From Adineta vaga (taxonomy: Eukaryota; Animalia; Rotifera), in assembly GCA_021613535.1 (NCBI GenBank), contig CP075492.1:1178001-1242000 (forward strand): a DNA stretch of 64,000 bases, read 5' to 3'. Below are positions 1 through 13,041 of the stretch, piece by piece. Position 1 is the first letter of the stretch. The number at the start of each line of letters is the position of its first letter. The translations under genes and the position numbers were made by a program. Below the pieces are notes generated by a model. That model saw only the letters and a list, made by a program, of their open reading frames with translations. It had not been told where the DNA came from and did not search any database.

Positions 1-35
1 CAATATTTACACTACAAGCATTTATATATTTCTAG

Positions 36-685
36 GACATGACGACGAAACATTTTCATGGTTACCGTTAGCATATTTCTGGTCCGATGTATTTGAAATG
101 AAGTCTATTGATACCGCTGATTTGAATCATGATGGTTATCTTGATATTATTGTCTCGACTGCATTAGTTGGAGGTATTACTGCAATTCTAGGAGATGGAA
201 ATGGAACTCTTGGAAAAATGATGTTCTCCTACACTCAAAGCGCAGTGTTCGATGATGTTCTTATTCGAGATTTCAATGGTGATACTCGATTAGATCTCAT
301 TGTTTCGTCTAAATCTTTAAACGATATTCGCGTGATGTTGGGATATGGTAATGGTTATTGTCATTTGAATAAAACGTTTCACATTGAAAGGCCTACGCAT
401 CCATTTAAAATTGCAACTGGTGATTTCAACTGTGATGGTCAACTAGATATTGTTTTCAGTCAATCTGATCCATTTCGAATAAGTGTACTAGTTGTTGGTT
501 TAGGAAATGAGATTTTTGATATACAAACAGTGTTGTTGATGGAATCCAGACGTGACTATATTTGGATCGATGTCGATGATTTCAATGGTGATAGTTATGA
601 TGATATAATTGTTGTTGATGGATCATCTGGTTGTATCTTCATTCTTTTAAATGTCTGTGAATGTTGCATACATGAAAATCTATAG
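36..685 (+). CDS. Last exon of an FG-GAP/VCBS-repeat (integrin-alpha-like beta-propeller) protein; 5' part lies outside the window
   Basis: Repeated Ca-binding motifs DLNHDGYLDI, DFNGDTRLDL, GDFNCDGQLDI, DFNGDSYDDI, plus LGDGNG turns; acceptor tttctag at 34-35 is in a compatible frame; ends with Cys-rich LLNVCECC. Confidence 0.85.
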
Positions 686-1325
686 ACAAAATGCCTTAAT
701 TTACTTATCAATTCAAATTGCACACATTTGTGTACATGATTATATCTAATTTCTTTAATTTTTATGTTCTATTCTCAATTTTTTCAGTATTATTCATTTA
801 TCTCAATATATCTATATGTTACTTTAAAACATTAAACGATAGCACCAGCCACAGCCATTCTCAAGATGCAGATACATATCTTTCGAGTCCAGAGATAATT
901 CACTTACAGGATGCTATCGACAAAATGAACGAAATAAAAAAACAAAGGATAAATCAACCAGTAGCCATCATTCGTTTCTCCTCGACAATAGCGAAAATGC
1001 TTCCGGAGAGGATATGTGTATTGATGAATTTGAATCCATAAATGCTCACCCACACCCACACCCTACTTTCCCAATAAACATGACAATCTTTTAGTTTTAT
1101 TATTATTGGATTTATTATGCAATTCGTTTAATGTATTGTATTCCTTCAATATTCGATGAGTCATAGATATACGTTTTATTGCACAACAAGGAGAAACTTT
1201 TCCGTTCTACCATAAATTGTACATGAAAGCCAATGAGACGAACAAATTTTGTTTTTTTTCTGTGGATGACATCATGTTCTTTTGGTAGACACGATGCATA
1301 TATCATTGATTATACGTTTTTAGAA

Positions 1326-1817
1326 ATGCGTCTTACGATTGCACATGTTTACAGTAAGGTACGTGCACAACTTGAACCATTTATAATTGATATTGATCCA
1401 TCATACACAATCTTACAAATAAAAGAGAAAATTACACAACAGACATATGTACAATCATATGATCAGTTTTTAAGTGTCGATGGTCGAACACTTGACGATG
1501 AACATACTATTTCATCATATGATTTTATTAAAAGTGGAAGTAAAATAACTTTAGTGGTATTTCCTAATGTTTTGCGTGAAAAGTATCGTATATACGTTGC
1601 TATTCAAGGTCCAAACGAAGAACATAAGACTATTGATTTAGACATTTATTATTATGATACTGTTGCTCAAGTCAAACAAACTATTTTTGAATGTACACAA
1701 ATACCAACAGGCAAGCAAAGACTTATTTTTGCTGGTAAACAATTATCAGATGAACGAATTTTCTCGAATTATGGTGTTCAGAAGGAGAGTACAGCACTTC
1801 TATTTACTAGAGACTAG
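1326..1817 (+). CDS. Tandem (two-domain) ubiquitin-like protein lacking C-terminal diglycine
   Basis: Two Ubl folds (TILQIKEKI..Q.LSVDGRTLDDEHTISSY; DTVAQVKQTI..IPTGKQRLIFAGKQLSDERIFSNYGVQKEST). ATG 1326 follows a tttttag acceptor; AATAAA at ~1846. Confidence 0.85.
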   Translation: MRLTIAHVYSKVRAQLEPFIIDIDPSYTILQIKEKITQQTYVQSYDQFLSVDGRTLDDEHTISSYDFIKSGSKITLVVFPNVLREKYRIYVAIQGPNEEHKTIDLDIYYYDTVAQVKQTIFECTQIPTGKQRLIFAGKQLSDERIFSNYGVQKESTALLFTRD

Positions 1818-3915
1818 TGTCAAAATTTTGTTCATTTTTTCGCTTAATAAATAATATTTATCTACCTTGAGGGTGAGGATGTATGTGTGTATGAACAAAA
1901 AGTATTCACACCCTTTTCAAAATACTCATATCGATATCGATCAAGCAATACATAGTTTTTCATAATCTCTGAGGTGCGGGTGTGAATATGCTACACTCAC
2001 CTTTCTTTTTTTAAACATATATGAATCGACTTAGTTTTAACGCTGATTCCGAATCTGATATTGGTTTTGAGTCAAATCGTAGTTTTCTAATGAAAAAATG
2101 CTTGTAAAAGGTCTCAAAATGCGCCAAAACTGTATTTTAACACCGAATTGCCTAAATACATCTCAGATGACCTGTAGTTTGGGTATTTCCCAAATGCTTG
2201 GTTTTGTAGCTAGTCAGAAAGACTTATCAAAAGGGAAAAACCTGATCTCCATAGCTATTGATATTGATGATCTATTATGAAAATGTTGATATGTGTATCT
2301 ATTATGGATCCCTTATAAATCCATGAGATTGCATATGACCATTATTCCGATAGATTCAAACATAAAAATTCATTCAAAAATAAGTCATCAGAAATCTTGT
2401 TCATCGAAAAATTTCTCGTGGTAATTTTGTTCCGTAGACATTCTAGAATGATTCATTTATCTCATACACTTTTTTGCAATACACATAACTCTCGAATAAA
2501 ATCCAAAGCTTCCGCATTTATTTAATATATATCTTTTAGAGAAATAATATTCTGTTGCTCCATAAGATGTTAACATTGTTAGTAAGATCGGTCATTGACA
2601 GTTAAATATCATATGATATCTGAAAGGAGAAGAAAAACTATAAGACAAAATAAGTCGATTATCATGGTATTGTCGTCTTCAGAAAGACATAGTCTTTTCT
2701 AAAAATAATTCATGTAAAAAAAACGTTATCGTTTTTTTTTAATTAAAGGAATTCTTTACTACTTTGTGTACTGAAATAGCATAAAAAGAATTAAGTTACA
2801 TTGCATCAATTACAGTTGGAAAGAAAAAGATTTTGATTATTTTACATACTCGTATATTACATTTATAATAACTGAAATAATTAAATATTTGATGAGTATT
2901 AATATGAATATAAAGTAAATAATGTTTCTTGTTCGCATTACTTGTTACATTACATTTTGAAAGACTATATTAGTAATATAGAACAACTTATGTAAGATGC
3001 ATGTAAGTAAGTCTACTTGCAGAGGAAGGGAATGTCAATCTCCAATGGTTTAAGTTCGAAAAGCAAGGGGCGCAACACCGCCGTTTGCTCAAATCTCGTA
3101 TCCCAACACTTCTAAAAACTGTTTTTATTCGACTTTATTGACCGAAAGTTTCTAAAACAGGGCATTAACCAGAAATGCCAGATGTAAAGGTATCAGCTTT
3201 CAAAATTATATTAACAATATCTTCATATATTGTTACAAAATAAAGCATATTTTAGTTACATAACAGAAAGGAAACATAAATAACTTAGAAATTTTATTAT
3301 TTACAGTTAATTGACAAATAAATTTTTGTTTGAACTGAATAGAAGGAGAGACAAAGTATCTGCACTAACATCAAGAAACAATTGGATTGAACTTTTAGAA
3401 AAATTGTTAAAAGGAAATATTAAACTTCTACGAAGTTATTCGCAACTTTTCAGAATGCTAAAACAACTGAAATATAGATGAAATAAAAAGTGCAACTAGT
3501 TCGGAAACCGAAAGTTTCGAAAGAAATTTGGAAGTCCGGAATCTTTCCGGTAATTCCGGGAGTAACATCCTACGCGCCCACTCCTCTTTCAGATCGTCCC
3601 TTAGGCATGCTAATGCCGCAGATAGACATCAACTGTAATCTTTGAACGTCACATAAGGCAATCAAGATAATTACAATAGAGAGATCACTCGTTTGTCATT
3701 TATGTTTTTGAAAAAGAGATATAATCATTAAAAATATAATGAAATATCTACGAGAAGAAAATGACGTTTCATATTGGTTAAAAGTGAGAATGAGAGAGAA
3801 GAGAAGTGAAGAGTAGTACCTTCACATCCTCATACTATTCTTTCTTTTTAATCAGAATCTATATTAATATTTAATAATTATAGAATTGTTTTACATATAA
3901 TTTCTTCTTTTCATA

Positions 3916-4914
3916 ATGTCAAGATTCAATAATACTAAGACAACAACGATTGTTTCTTTTATTCCTACTAGTCGACCTATTCAATTTAGTATTTTATTAA
4001 CAATTGCAATACTTTCTTTACCATGTTTTGTTTTTGTTCTTCATCATTTCTTAACAAAAAAAACACTTTATCGTGCTCTTAGCAATCATGTTATTATTCT
4101 TTTACTTATAAGTAATTGTCTTCAAACTTTAACTGATGTTCCAGTTCAACTGAGTTACTATCTCTTAGGTATAAATTGGCCTCTAACACTCAGTTATTGT
4201 TATTATTTTTATTTTATTGATTTTTATTTATTTACAGCATGCTTTTTACTTTTGACATGGTCATCATTTGAACGATATATTCTGATTTTTCATGGACATG
4301 TCTTTCTTACACATCATAAACGTATAGTTTATCATTATATTCCTTTAATGTTTTGTATAATTTATCCAATGATTTATTATGTTTACTTTATATTTTTCTA
4401 TCCATGTGAGAATTATTATGATGAATATACATCATTTTGTGTTCCAGCTTGTTATTTGAGAACAAATGCTGTGATGGCTTTGTATGAACAGATTGTTCAT
4501 GGATTTGCTTTAATGTTTATTATCTTCATTGTTAATGGAATATTAATTGTTCGAGTTGTTCGACAAAAAACTCGGATGGGTAGACAAATGACATGGAAAA
4601 AGAATCGTAAAATGGCAGTGCAATTATTCAACATATGTTTTTTGTTTTTTCTGACAAACAGCGGTTATTTCGTCGTTCAAATAGGACAAATGTTGTATGA
4701 TCAAAATTTTGGAGTAAGCTTCAGTCAATGGGCGACTCCAGTGGCTATGACTATGCCACCACTCTTTCCGTTTGTATGTCTTAGTACTTTGAATGATTTA
4801 TATGTCAAATTGCAAAGAATAATTCCGTGGCGGAATCGTCGTATCGTAGTACCTGTTACAAACATAAAATTACGACGGTTTTCAAAGAAAAATTTGAGAC
4901 ATCGTGATGTTTAA
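3916..4914 (+). CDS. Rhodopsin-like (class A) 7TM GPCR, orphan, single exon
   Basis: Seven hydrophobic segments, SFERY (DRY-equivalent) after TM3, Cys in ECL1/ECL2, basic ICL3 (KKNRKMAVQL), PFVCL in TM7. Confidence 0.85.
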   Translation: MSRFNNTKTTTIVSFIPTSRPIQFSILLTIAILSLPCFVFVLHHFLTKKTLYRALSNHVIILLLISNCLQTLTDVPVQLSYYLLGINWPLTLSYCYYFYFIDFYLFTACFLLLTWSSFERYILIFHGHVFLTHHKRIVYHYIPLMFCIIYPMIYYVYFIFFYPCENYYDEYTSFCVPACYLRTNAVMALYEQIVHGFALMFIIFIVNGILIVRVVRQKTRMGRQMTWKKNRKMAVQLFNICFLFFLTNSGYFVVQIGQMLYDQNFGVSFSQWATPVAMTMPPLFPFVCLSTLNDLYVKLQRIIPWRNRRIVVPVTNIKLRRFSKKNLRHRDV

Positions 4915-7278
4915 AAAAATAGTTCTTTCGATATCTATCAACTATTCGAATAGATGTCATCAATATTGTTTCTGTTAGTTTAATGAAAATATTAGTTATT
5001 TGTATATTTTTTCTTCTATTTATCCTATCCTCATTTTGATGTTGTTATTGCCAATAATTAGTTTGTTGTTACTTACAAGAAATAAATATATTGCTATCTA
5101 TTCCTATTCTCGTAGGAGGATCTAGTCCTAGTATTTCTTCGAGTTTTAATTCTCGTTTTTATAGTTTACTGGCAGAGTTACCCGCTGCAAATTAAGAAAT
5201 ATCTACATAAAAAAACATCACAAGTTGAAAAACGACAGGAGATGTAGATACGAATATCCTGAAAAATGAAGTACTATCAAATTCATTTTCTGAATTTAGT
5301 TCTATAGAACTGTTCATTAAAATTTGTTTTTTTAATCGGGGTTTATCCTCAGCATTGCACCTTCATCCATACACATATACTTCACTTTTACTCTAATCCT
5401 GATCCACAATCTTATATTGATACATCTTTGACGGATATGAGATAGACGAAAATAAATTCGATGAAATATTTCAAAGTAGACTATCAATCGAAATCATCTC
5501 TTGTGATTTCATTCACTTATTTAACATTGTTTAATTCTGATCAAGAAAATCCATAACAAATTCTGCAACTTCCCAGAACAGACGCATATGTTTCAGCGCC
5601 ATGGAGAATGTGAATCTGGGAACTTTTGTATAAGTTCGAAGAATCTTTTACATTCATTTCATGATCGACAACTTTGTTAATACACATTTACTTCTGTGAT
5701 CTGTGTCGTCATCTACTTAACAAAGTGACAAAATGTGATTGTTTTATGAGGTATGGATATGTGGAGATGGATCATTTTTCGTATCTCAACAAGCATTTCC
5801 AGCGTCCCCAATCTGCAGGATATGTGACATCACTCGTGTACTTCATTCCTAAATTTGTCTTTGAGCACTTTTAATCTTTTGCAAAAAAATCTGATAAAAT
5901 GTGGAAAAATTAAGAAAAGATAATTTTTATTTATTCCTTTTCCATAAAATAATATTCAATTCTACATTAAATAAGCAGAAATAATTTTTCCATCTGTTCT
6001 TTAAATTTACAAAAAAAATATATTCTCACTTAATTGATTGAACAAAAAATTATGAAAAAATTAAAGAAATTATTTTCAATAAAACTTGATCAGCGACGAG
6101 TAATTAACATTTAGGAACTCAAATCTGGTTTTATCTCTATAGATTATTTTGTTATACAAAAAAATTTTAATTTGACAAAAAGATTTTGATATTGAAGAAC
6201 TTTACGACATGAAAAGTCTACACATTTTATCTTCTCCTATTCAATATTCTCAATTGAATCGTCTAGATGAACATAATAGACAGACATAGGACCATTGTAT
6301 ATCCTTCGAAATTTGCAGTTTTAGGAATAAAGATTTTGTTCATAGTTCAGAATAATTATTTCTATGTGAAAGAGAATATACCAAATCTCATATTGTCCTA
6401 GACAAATGACGGATTGAGACAATAAGTATTCTTAGAACTTTACAATTTAAAAAAATAGTACATATTTGTTCATCAATGAATTTCACTGACTAATTGATGA
6501 TATTAGTACACACATTGACATTATTTTATATGAAATCAACAATAGATATCATAATCCGACAATGCACGTATTCTGAATTTAGAAGCTGATGTATACATCA
6601 ACATGATCGATAAGAAATGTTTAGTGATGGCGATATTTTGATCCATTAAATAAAAGTATTCATAACCTTAGGAATATTTCAGTGATTTCGGGGAAAAAAG
6701 AAATATGTCAATACTCTGAAGTTATAAGTGAGAACAGATTTGAAAGTTTAAATTATATATGATTAGAAATGTTCTTAAAGAGTTAAATAAATATTCTAGA
6801 CGAATTTATGAGAATTATATCGAAAATATCTTCTACATAATTGTTTCAAAATAATGATATTAGAAGCAAAATAAAATAAAATATTTCTATCTTTGTCTCA
6901 TTGAATTCTTCTACGTATGATTTTTTGTTGTGTTTCCTTTTAACTCCTTTCCTGTGACGCACTATTCTATTTAACATGTCTGAATAAATAATTTGTAAAA
7001 ACATCAAAAATCAAAAAATAGAAACTCCTCAAATATATTATCAATTATTTTCTTATCAAATAGACGTCATAGATTTTGTATATAAATTTTCTTTGTAATT
7101 AATGATTAACATAAATATCGACAAAGTGATTGTCTTTCACAAAACGCCGACTTTGCTTTGAAAAATTGTGAATTTCCTCGAATAAAATATTTCATTAGTT
7201 TCCATATGTTGGTTAATTTATGATAAAAATGAATAAGAATCGTTTATTTCATCGATTTTATGAACATTTATATAATTA

Positions 7279-7400
7279 AAATTTATTTATGCCTGAAGAA
7301 AATCTTTATGATGATCATACTGATACTGTGCATGAAAAATGTTCGACGATTTTGAAACAACAAAAATATTCAACTTGGTTGTATATCTTTTTACTCATGG
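7279..7400 (+). pseudogene. Orphan exon fragment: N-terminus/TM1 start of the 2-TM Cys-rich module
   Basis: Translates NLFMPEEN...LKQQKYSTWLYIFLLM followed by donor GTGAG at 7401; matches the 'NLF...Q+xSTRLY' start of the other modules; in-frame TAA just upstream; no continuation seen. Confidence 0.55.
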
Positions 7401-8379
7401 GTGAGACACATTAAAAAAGGTTGTAACTCTCATGGTGGAAAGGTGACATCGCCGAACTTTCCTTAACTATTGGCAGCCTAGATATCCTTTTTAACAACCA
7501 TTCATTTCGGCTATTATCGTGATTGCTCTCATTTGTATCCACGCATGAATATATAAATAGCTGTCGTCGAAGATTAGGCGATCGAAAGTAAAATCCTCGA
7601 AATGTATATTGGCGAAAGTACCTTAACCGAACGCGTGTATGATCGAAATGCCTATCGTCGAGTTGTTTCATAGAGAAGAGAATTCATACCGAATATAAAT
7701 GTCAAAACGCCGGAGGTCTTAGAATCTCGGGACTGTTAACCAATGAATGAGTGTTGCGTTTGTGTAGGTCAATTGATGCTAATGTTTCAGTTGAGAAATA
7801 GATAGAGTTAGGAATATGCAGCATCAACGTATTGACTATACCGATAATAATACATTGACATTCACTGCATCAGTGGTGACACTAGTACTGCCTGTCCAGA
7901 AAATAGTGGACTCGAGTATTTTTGTAATAACACAAGAACAGAAAGAGCTAGAGAGCTTTGATTTTCACCATTATGTAGGTAACTCAGTACTCTATATATC
8001 TGTCAATATAAGCTGAAAATTGAGGAGTAGGATGACTGCTCGTCTGAGCCTGGTCGAGTCCCCGTTATGTCCGCTTCCAAAAAAATATGGACCCGCGCAC
8101 TCCCTATTTATAAATCAATTGGCTGTTTTTTGTAACTTAGTAACTCATTTCTTTTTGCTCATCATATCTAGTAGTTGATTTTTTAGATTTATGTTTATTC
8201 TATTGAATTATTTTACATTTTATTTGTGTTTTTAAAGAGAAAAATAATAATATAATGAGACTTAATATTAATGCAATAGTTGGAAATCTTGATGTTCGAG
8301 AAACTATATTAAATGTATAGATCTATAAGCTAAAATAGTTCTTCATGAGAAACTGGATATAATAGAATTTGTTGATTAA

Positions 8380-8912
8380 CCCTTAGAAGCCGAAATGTCT
8401 CTTCCAAGGGACATTGCATTAATCGCTATAGAAAAATGAAGGTCTTAGAATGTGTAACTTTTTAAAGCACAATTGGTTACTCGGATACTTCTATTTTCTG
8501 ATAGATACAATATGGATTTTGAGTTATATCATTAGAAATAAACGTAAGTTATAATTTAAAACAGTTCAGCTTTATTGAAATTTTCCTACTAAGGTATTCT
8601 CACGTTATGAAAAAGTACCATTTGATGGGCATTTCTAGACATAGTAACCAGGGTTATTATGAATTTTTCACTCAATAGATAATTTGAGATATCTTAAAAT
8701 TCCATCAGAATGAACTTACAGTGATTCTGAATCATATTAGATACTCACGAGAATATGAAGGCCATAGTTCACCCAGACCATCTGAGTGGAAGAATGTTTT
8801 AGTCACACCTAGCAGTTCCAACCACGGTATGTACATATTGAGGATGCAAAATCTCTATCTTTGTAATTAAATTTTCCTCTACTTCACAAAAATCCCCTTC
8901 GATTTTTAAGGA
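8380..8912. mobile_element. Degenerate piggyBac-like non-autonomous element
   Basis: TTAA at 8376-8379 and 8913-8916; ends CCCTTAGAAGCCGA vs reverse complement TCCTTAAAAATCGA (10/14 identical). Confidence 0.45.
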
Positions 8913-9121
8913 TTAATGCGAACGTGACGTTACTTAGTGATGTTTATCTGATTGTACTCATCTAAAACTTCTGACTGGCTTTAGGTTAAAAAGCAATAGG
9001 AATAGTTAAGATGCCTGTAGAGAAGTATAGAGATTGATTTTTGATCAACAATTTTTACTTATCCATGTGAAACGATAAGTTAACTAACCACTTTTTTTCA
9101 GATAAAAATTAACGCCAAATT

Positions 9122-10211
9122 ATGTTAATCATCGTTTATTGTCGTTCTTTTCTAAACTTTCTCAAAAAGAATCTACTTGACTTCAATTTGTTCAATGACG
9201 GTAGTAAAGATGAAGTTATCAAACAAAATCAACGTTGATCAACTCGTTTATATTTATTTCTTTTTATCTTATCAATATCTATTATATTACTTTATAATAT
9301 GATTACAGTTCATGTTCAAACAATATTTATCAAATCTCCTTCTTTTATGAAATATTCTTCTCTAGCAGAACAGACATCATTGCAATGTTCTTGTACAAAA
9401 ATAGCAATAAAATATAAAGATTTTATTAAAGTTGAATCTTCTTATCATGAATTATGTCAAAGTGATCTTATTTCTGATGAATATATCAAACAACTTTATA
9501 TTCTTTATGAGAAAACTATGCCTGAATCTGTATCAACTGATTTCCATCGAATAGCTGTTTATCAATTTGCAGCTCTTCGTAAATTATGTCAATTAACGAA
9601 AGAAACAGTTGAAAATCATCTTCAAACATTTTTACAAACAGATTTTATTCTATCAGAATTAATTTCTGAACAATCTCTTCATATTCAAATAACTTCTTTA
9701 TGAAGAGATTTCATTGATTTTACACCAAAAACATTCTTAATAACATTAACATTTATTCAAAATATCACTGCACAAAGTTCATTAATGACAGGTGCTTCAG
9801 TAACAAGTGTTTTACCTGTACAACAAAATGAAAAAGCTATATACGATATTATGCCTTATAATGGAACAAATTACATGTTTACCGATGGTTCATTTTGTAC
9901 ATGTTCAAGTTCAACAAGTACAACTTGTATAGGTTTATCAACATTTGAAAATAATACTGTTCCCGGTTTTCAGACAGGTTGTTATATGTTAAGTGCACTT
10001 TTCAAATCAACACTTTAAGTATTTTATAATCAAACATTTATTAATCTTCTTACTAATTCATCAAATCAATATCGAAAATTAAATTCTTCATTTTCAAATG
10101 CCACAATTGAAGAATTACTCAATCAAATGTTTGTTATTAAATGGACAAATGAAACATTTTTTCAAAAATACTTTTATCAATGTGCACTTGATTATTGTCA
10201 ATATACAATTA
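9122..10211 (+). pseudogene. Pseudogene of the 2-TM Cys-rich module, truncated by a Helitron
   Basis: One frame with in-frame stops at 9236, 9701 and 10016; motifs FNLF, STRLY, LQCSC, YHELCQS, PGFQTGC, STL, FYQCALDYCQY; TM2 is missing where the Helitron begins. Confidence 0.8.
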
Positions 10212-11268
10212 TCTATCTATCTATATATATAAAGAAGAAAGTTTGTCTGTCTGTCTGTCTGTCTGTTCGCTATGCATTCAGTCGCTGTAATAGCCACGAT
10301 CACCAAACTTTCTACGATGCTTCCTAAAGTCCCAGGAAAGGTCGACATGGGGTTAGAATGGTCATCGGGGGGTGAGGGTGAGGAGCGTGGGTAGCGGCGG
10401 CGCCAGAATTTCCACTCAGGGTGGGCTAAGCCTATTCAAAAAATATTCAAGGTGGGCTCAACTATAGAAGTTGTGCCTTTTTGTAATATAAAAATCAGTT
10501 TTTTTCAAAAGTTTTTTAAATCAGGGTGGGCTCAAATGATTCCAGGATGGGCTCAGCCCACCCTAGCCCACCCTTGGCGCCGCCACTAAGCGTGGGTGAA
10601 ATTTCACCCAGGCAGTTCAGTGATAGCTGACATTCCCAAACTTTCCACAATGCTTCCCTCGATCCAGAGGAAGGTCGACATGGAGTTAGAATGGCCATCA
10701 AGGGATGGGGAGGCGGCGTGTGTGAAATTTCGCTCTCAAGATGGCATATGGGAATCAGGGTGGGTGTGGGTGTCTGCATCCAGGATAGACAACTACAAAG
10801 CGTGGTTTGGGTTCTCAAAAAAACTGAATCTGGAGTGAAATGACTACTCTACCTGTATAGAGTAGAAGTGAAGTTTATAAAGTAGAGAATGACTTGCAGC
10901 GGGACAGTGGGTGTGGATTTAAAAGGACCAGAGCTGTATGTCGTATGCATAGCGAGACAAAATCAGTAGGAAAGAACTAATGAAGAGCTGCGAAAAGTTC
11001 TCAAAACAGGGCCTGGTGCATGACGCGAAAAGGGATATAGGAGGAGCCTCAGTGCGGAGGAGAAAGACGCGTGCAAGACAGGTAACGCGCGCTGAGTGAC
11101 GACCTAAAAGATCACACTAGCTAAGGCAGGATGGGAAAGGGGGGTGTGAGGATTTTTTGATACACGACGGGTAAATACCGACGGAAAGATTCGGTGGGTG
11201 ATGAGAACAGCACTGTTGTAGATGGAAAACGTAAATTGTGTCCTCTTTGCAGCGGGTATCTCCGCTAG
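10212..11268 (+). mobile_element. Non-autonomous Helitron
   Basis: Inserted A|TC...CTAG|T; 5' TCTATCTATCTATATATATAAAG followed by a (GTCT)n microsatellite; 3' GC-rich stem AGCGGgtatctCCGCT overlapping the terminal CTAG; more GC-rich than flanks; internal ~135-bp duplication. The 5' boundary is uncertain by one or two TCTA units. Confidence 0.75.
10392..10588. mobile_element. hAT-type MITE (197 bp) nested in the Helitron
   Basis: TIRs TAGCGGCGGCGCCA / TGGCGCCGCCACTA (13/14); perfect 8-bp TSD AGCGTGGG at 10384-10391 and 10589-10596. Confidence 0.9.
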
Positions 11269-11284
11269 TTTATTATAAATGTGT

Positions 11285-11527
11285 TCTGTAAAAAAAAGGT
11301 GTCATACTGAACCCTTTTTCGGTACTATTTTCAGAACCCTTTTAGGTTCTAGTAAAAAAATCTAGAACTTAAAATGGTTTTAGACTTTTCTTCTAGAACA
11401 AAAAAAAAGGGTTCTGAAAATGGTACCCAAATTTAGAACCATAAAAAGTTCTAGACGTTCGTAAAAAGTTCTAGCTCTAGGGTAAAACCTTTTATGGTAC
11501 ACTATTATCCGTTTTTTTTTTAGAGTG
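11285..11527. mobile_element. Palindromic MITE remnant (CACT-type terminus)
   Basis: Right end TTTTTTTTTAGAGTG (CACTCTAAAAAAA on minus strand); internal inverted pair TTTTCAGAACCCTTT / AAAGGGTTCTGAAAA and repeated GTTCTAG/CTAGAAC; left end degenerate. Confidence 0.55.
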
Positions 11528-11920
11528 TATTTGCAAGTGAGATTCTGTTCAAGAAATGAATAAATAAGCATCTATTAGCGATGTCTTCACTCGAGAGACG
11601 AAACTCAATCTGTTTATTCGAAACGATATGAAAGAGAATGTGTATAGAAGATAAGAGAAACAGATGAAGAAGAGTATGTGAAAGCATGTGTATGTACATG
11701 TCTGTAACAGCATCCATCCAGGAAGATTTTCTCAAATCTTTCTTTTTAATCCGTGATAGTTTTAACAATAAATGGAATTTCAAAGTTCTTAGATGAATTA
11801 CTTCGACTAACATTTGATAAATATGTCTGTACCATAACAGTTATTGATGTTGCCAATTTAATTCGTATTCTTGAAATATTTGTTGAAAATGGTTGTTTTA
11901 AATCAACAATCTGATGTGCG

Positions 11921-12150
11921 CAATGATGCTTTTTAGTTATTCTGCTAAAAAATCATTACCGTTTAGAGAAAGACCACGTATACCAGATGCTGTGCCTGAT
12001 TGAGAGAAAACTCACTTTCTTTCATCGAGTTGAGTAGCCATTTGATATTCAGAAGAATGCTTTTTAGCTATTCTGCTCAAAAATCATTACCGTATAGAGA
12101 AAGATCACGTATAGCAGCTGTTCTCCATTCTTCAAAGAAAACTCACTTTG
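11921..12150. repeat. Imperfect tandem duplication, unit ~130 bp
   Basis: ATGCTTTTTAG(T/C)TATTCTGCT(A/C)AAAAATCATTACCGT(T/A)TAGAGAAAGA(C/T)CACGTATA occurs at ~11925 and ~12057. Confidence 0.8.
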
Positions 12151-13041
12151 TTTTGTCGTACTAAATGATCATATGAAATGAAACAAGGTAGGTGAAAGAC
12201 ATTTATGGGTGACCGCTTAAGAAGAGATGCATAGCTACGTTAAATGGAGCATTGTTGAGAAAACATTTTTCAGTCTGCTGCTCAAGCTTTCATTAGGAGT
12301 AAAAACATATTTGAGTGCGAAGTTTCCATTTCTAGGATGAACTTAGCATAGCTAGTTCGAAAATGTGCTGCTGATATTTATCGTCGCGAGTGAAAGATTG
12401 TCCTGTTGTCAATTCAATTTGTTATCAGAAATGATGTAACAAGTGAGTATTGATATTGAGACCTTACAGATCATAAAGGTGTACCTACTTTGAAAAAGCC
12501 TTTTGCACAGTCACTGTCAGATGAAAATATGAAACATAATGGTGTTATTCGTATCTTGGAAGGAGGATTAATGAATATATGTTTCGGTATACAAGTTCCT
12601 GTCGATTATTGTTGAATTTCGGTGATAAACGACATCTATCGAAGTTTATTAGGATCTGATGAGTTCAGGTTTTATTTTAAGTAATAGGAACATGAAAGTA
12701 AAAGTTCGACAAAAAGACTATCATCTACATGATTCTAGTTTCTCAATGATGTTCATTCGGTACTCTAGTGACACTCCGTTCTCTAGATCATCGCATCACT
12801 TAAAAGGAACTTTGCACGCCTTCTCGAGAAACAGAAATAACTAGATAGCATCTCGACTTCGCCTAAAATGCAAGAAGAGATACGAAGTGTATCACATGCT
12901 CAAACGTTTAGTTTTGTCGAAAAAATCAAGAGTGAAATTTGTCATTTTTAAAGATACTTTATATACGAACGGAATGCCTTGATTAAGTTTGGAAAACAGA
13001 TGATAATCATTTTGCTAATTTTTGTGCTTCAGATATAAAAG

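Noticed and set aside
718-1041. 107-aa ORF with hydrophobic N-terminus
   Set aside because: Non-ATG start, overlaps the T-rich 3' UTR of the FG-GAP gene, no motifs.
3495-3575. CCGGAA-rich patch ending GGGAGTAACATCCTA, like a DNA-transposon terminus
   Set aside because: No matching opposite end or TSD found.
10516-10838. Two overlapping 80-100 aa ORFs in a GC-rich patch
   Set aside because: They lie within the Helitron/MITE, straddle the insertion junction and show no domain signal.
11690-12660. Protein-like stretches on both strands (e.g. plus-strand DHKGVPTLKKPF..LEGGLMNICFG)
   Set aside because: Interrupted by stops and not assignable to any family by eye; may be decayed gene fragments and needs tBLASTx.
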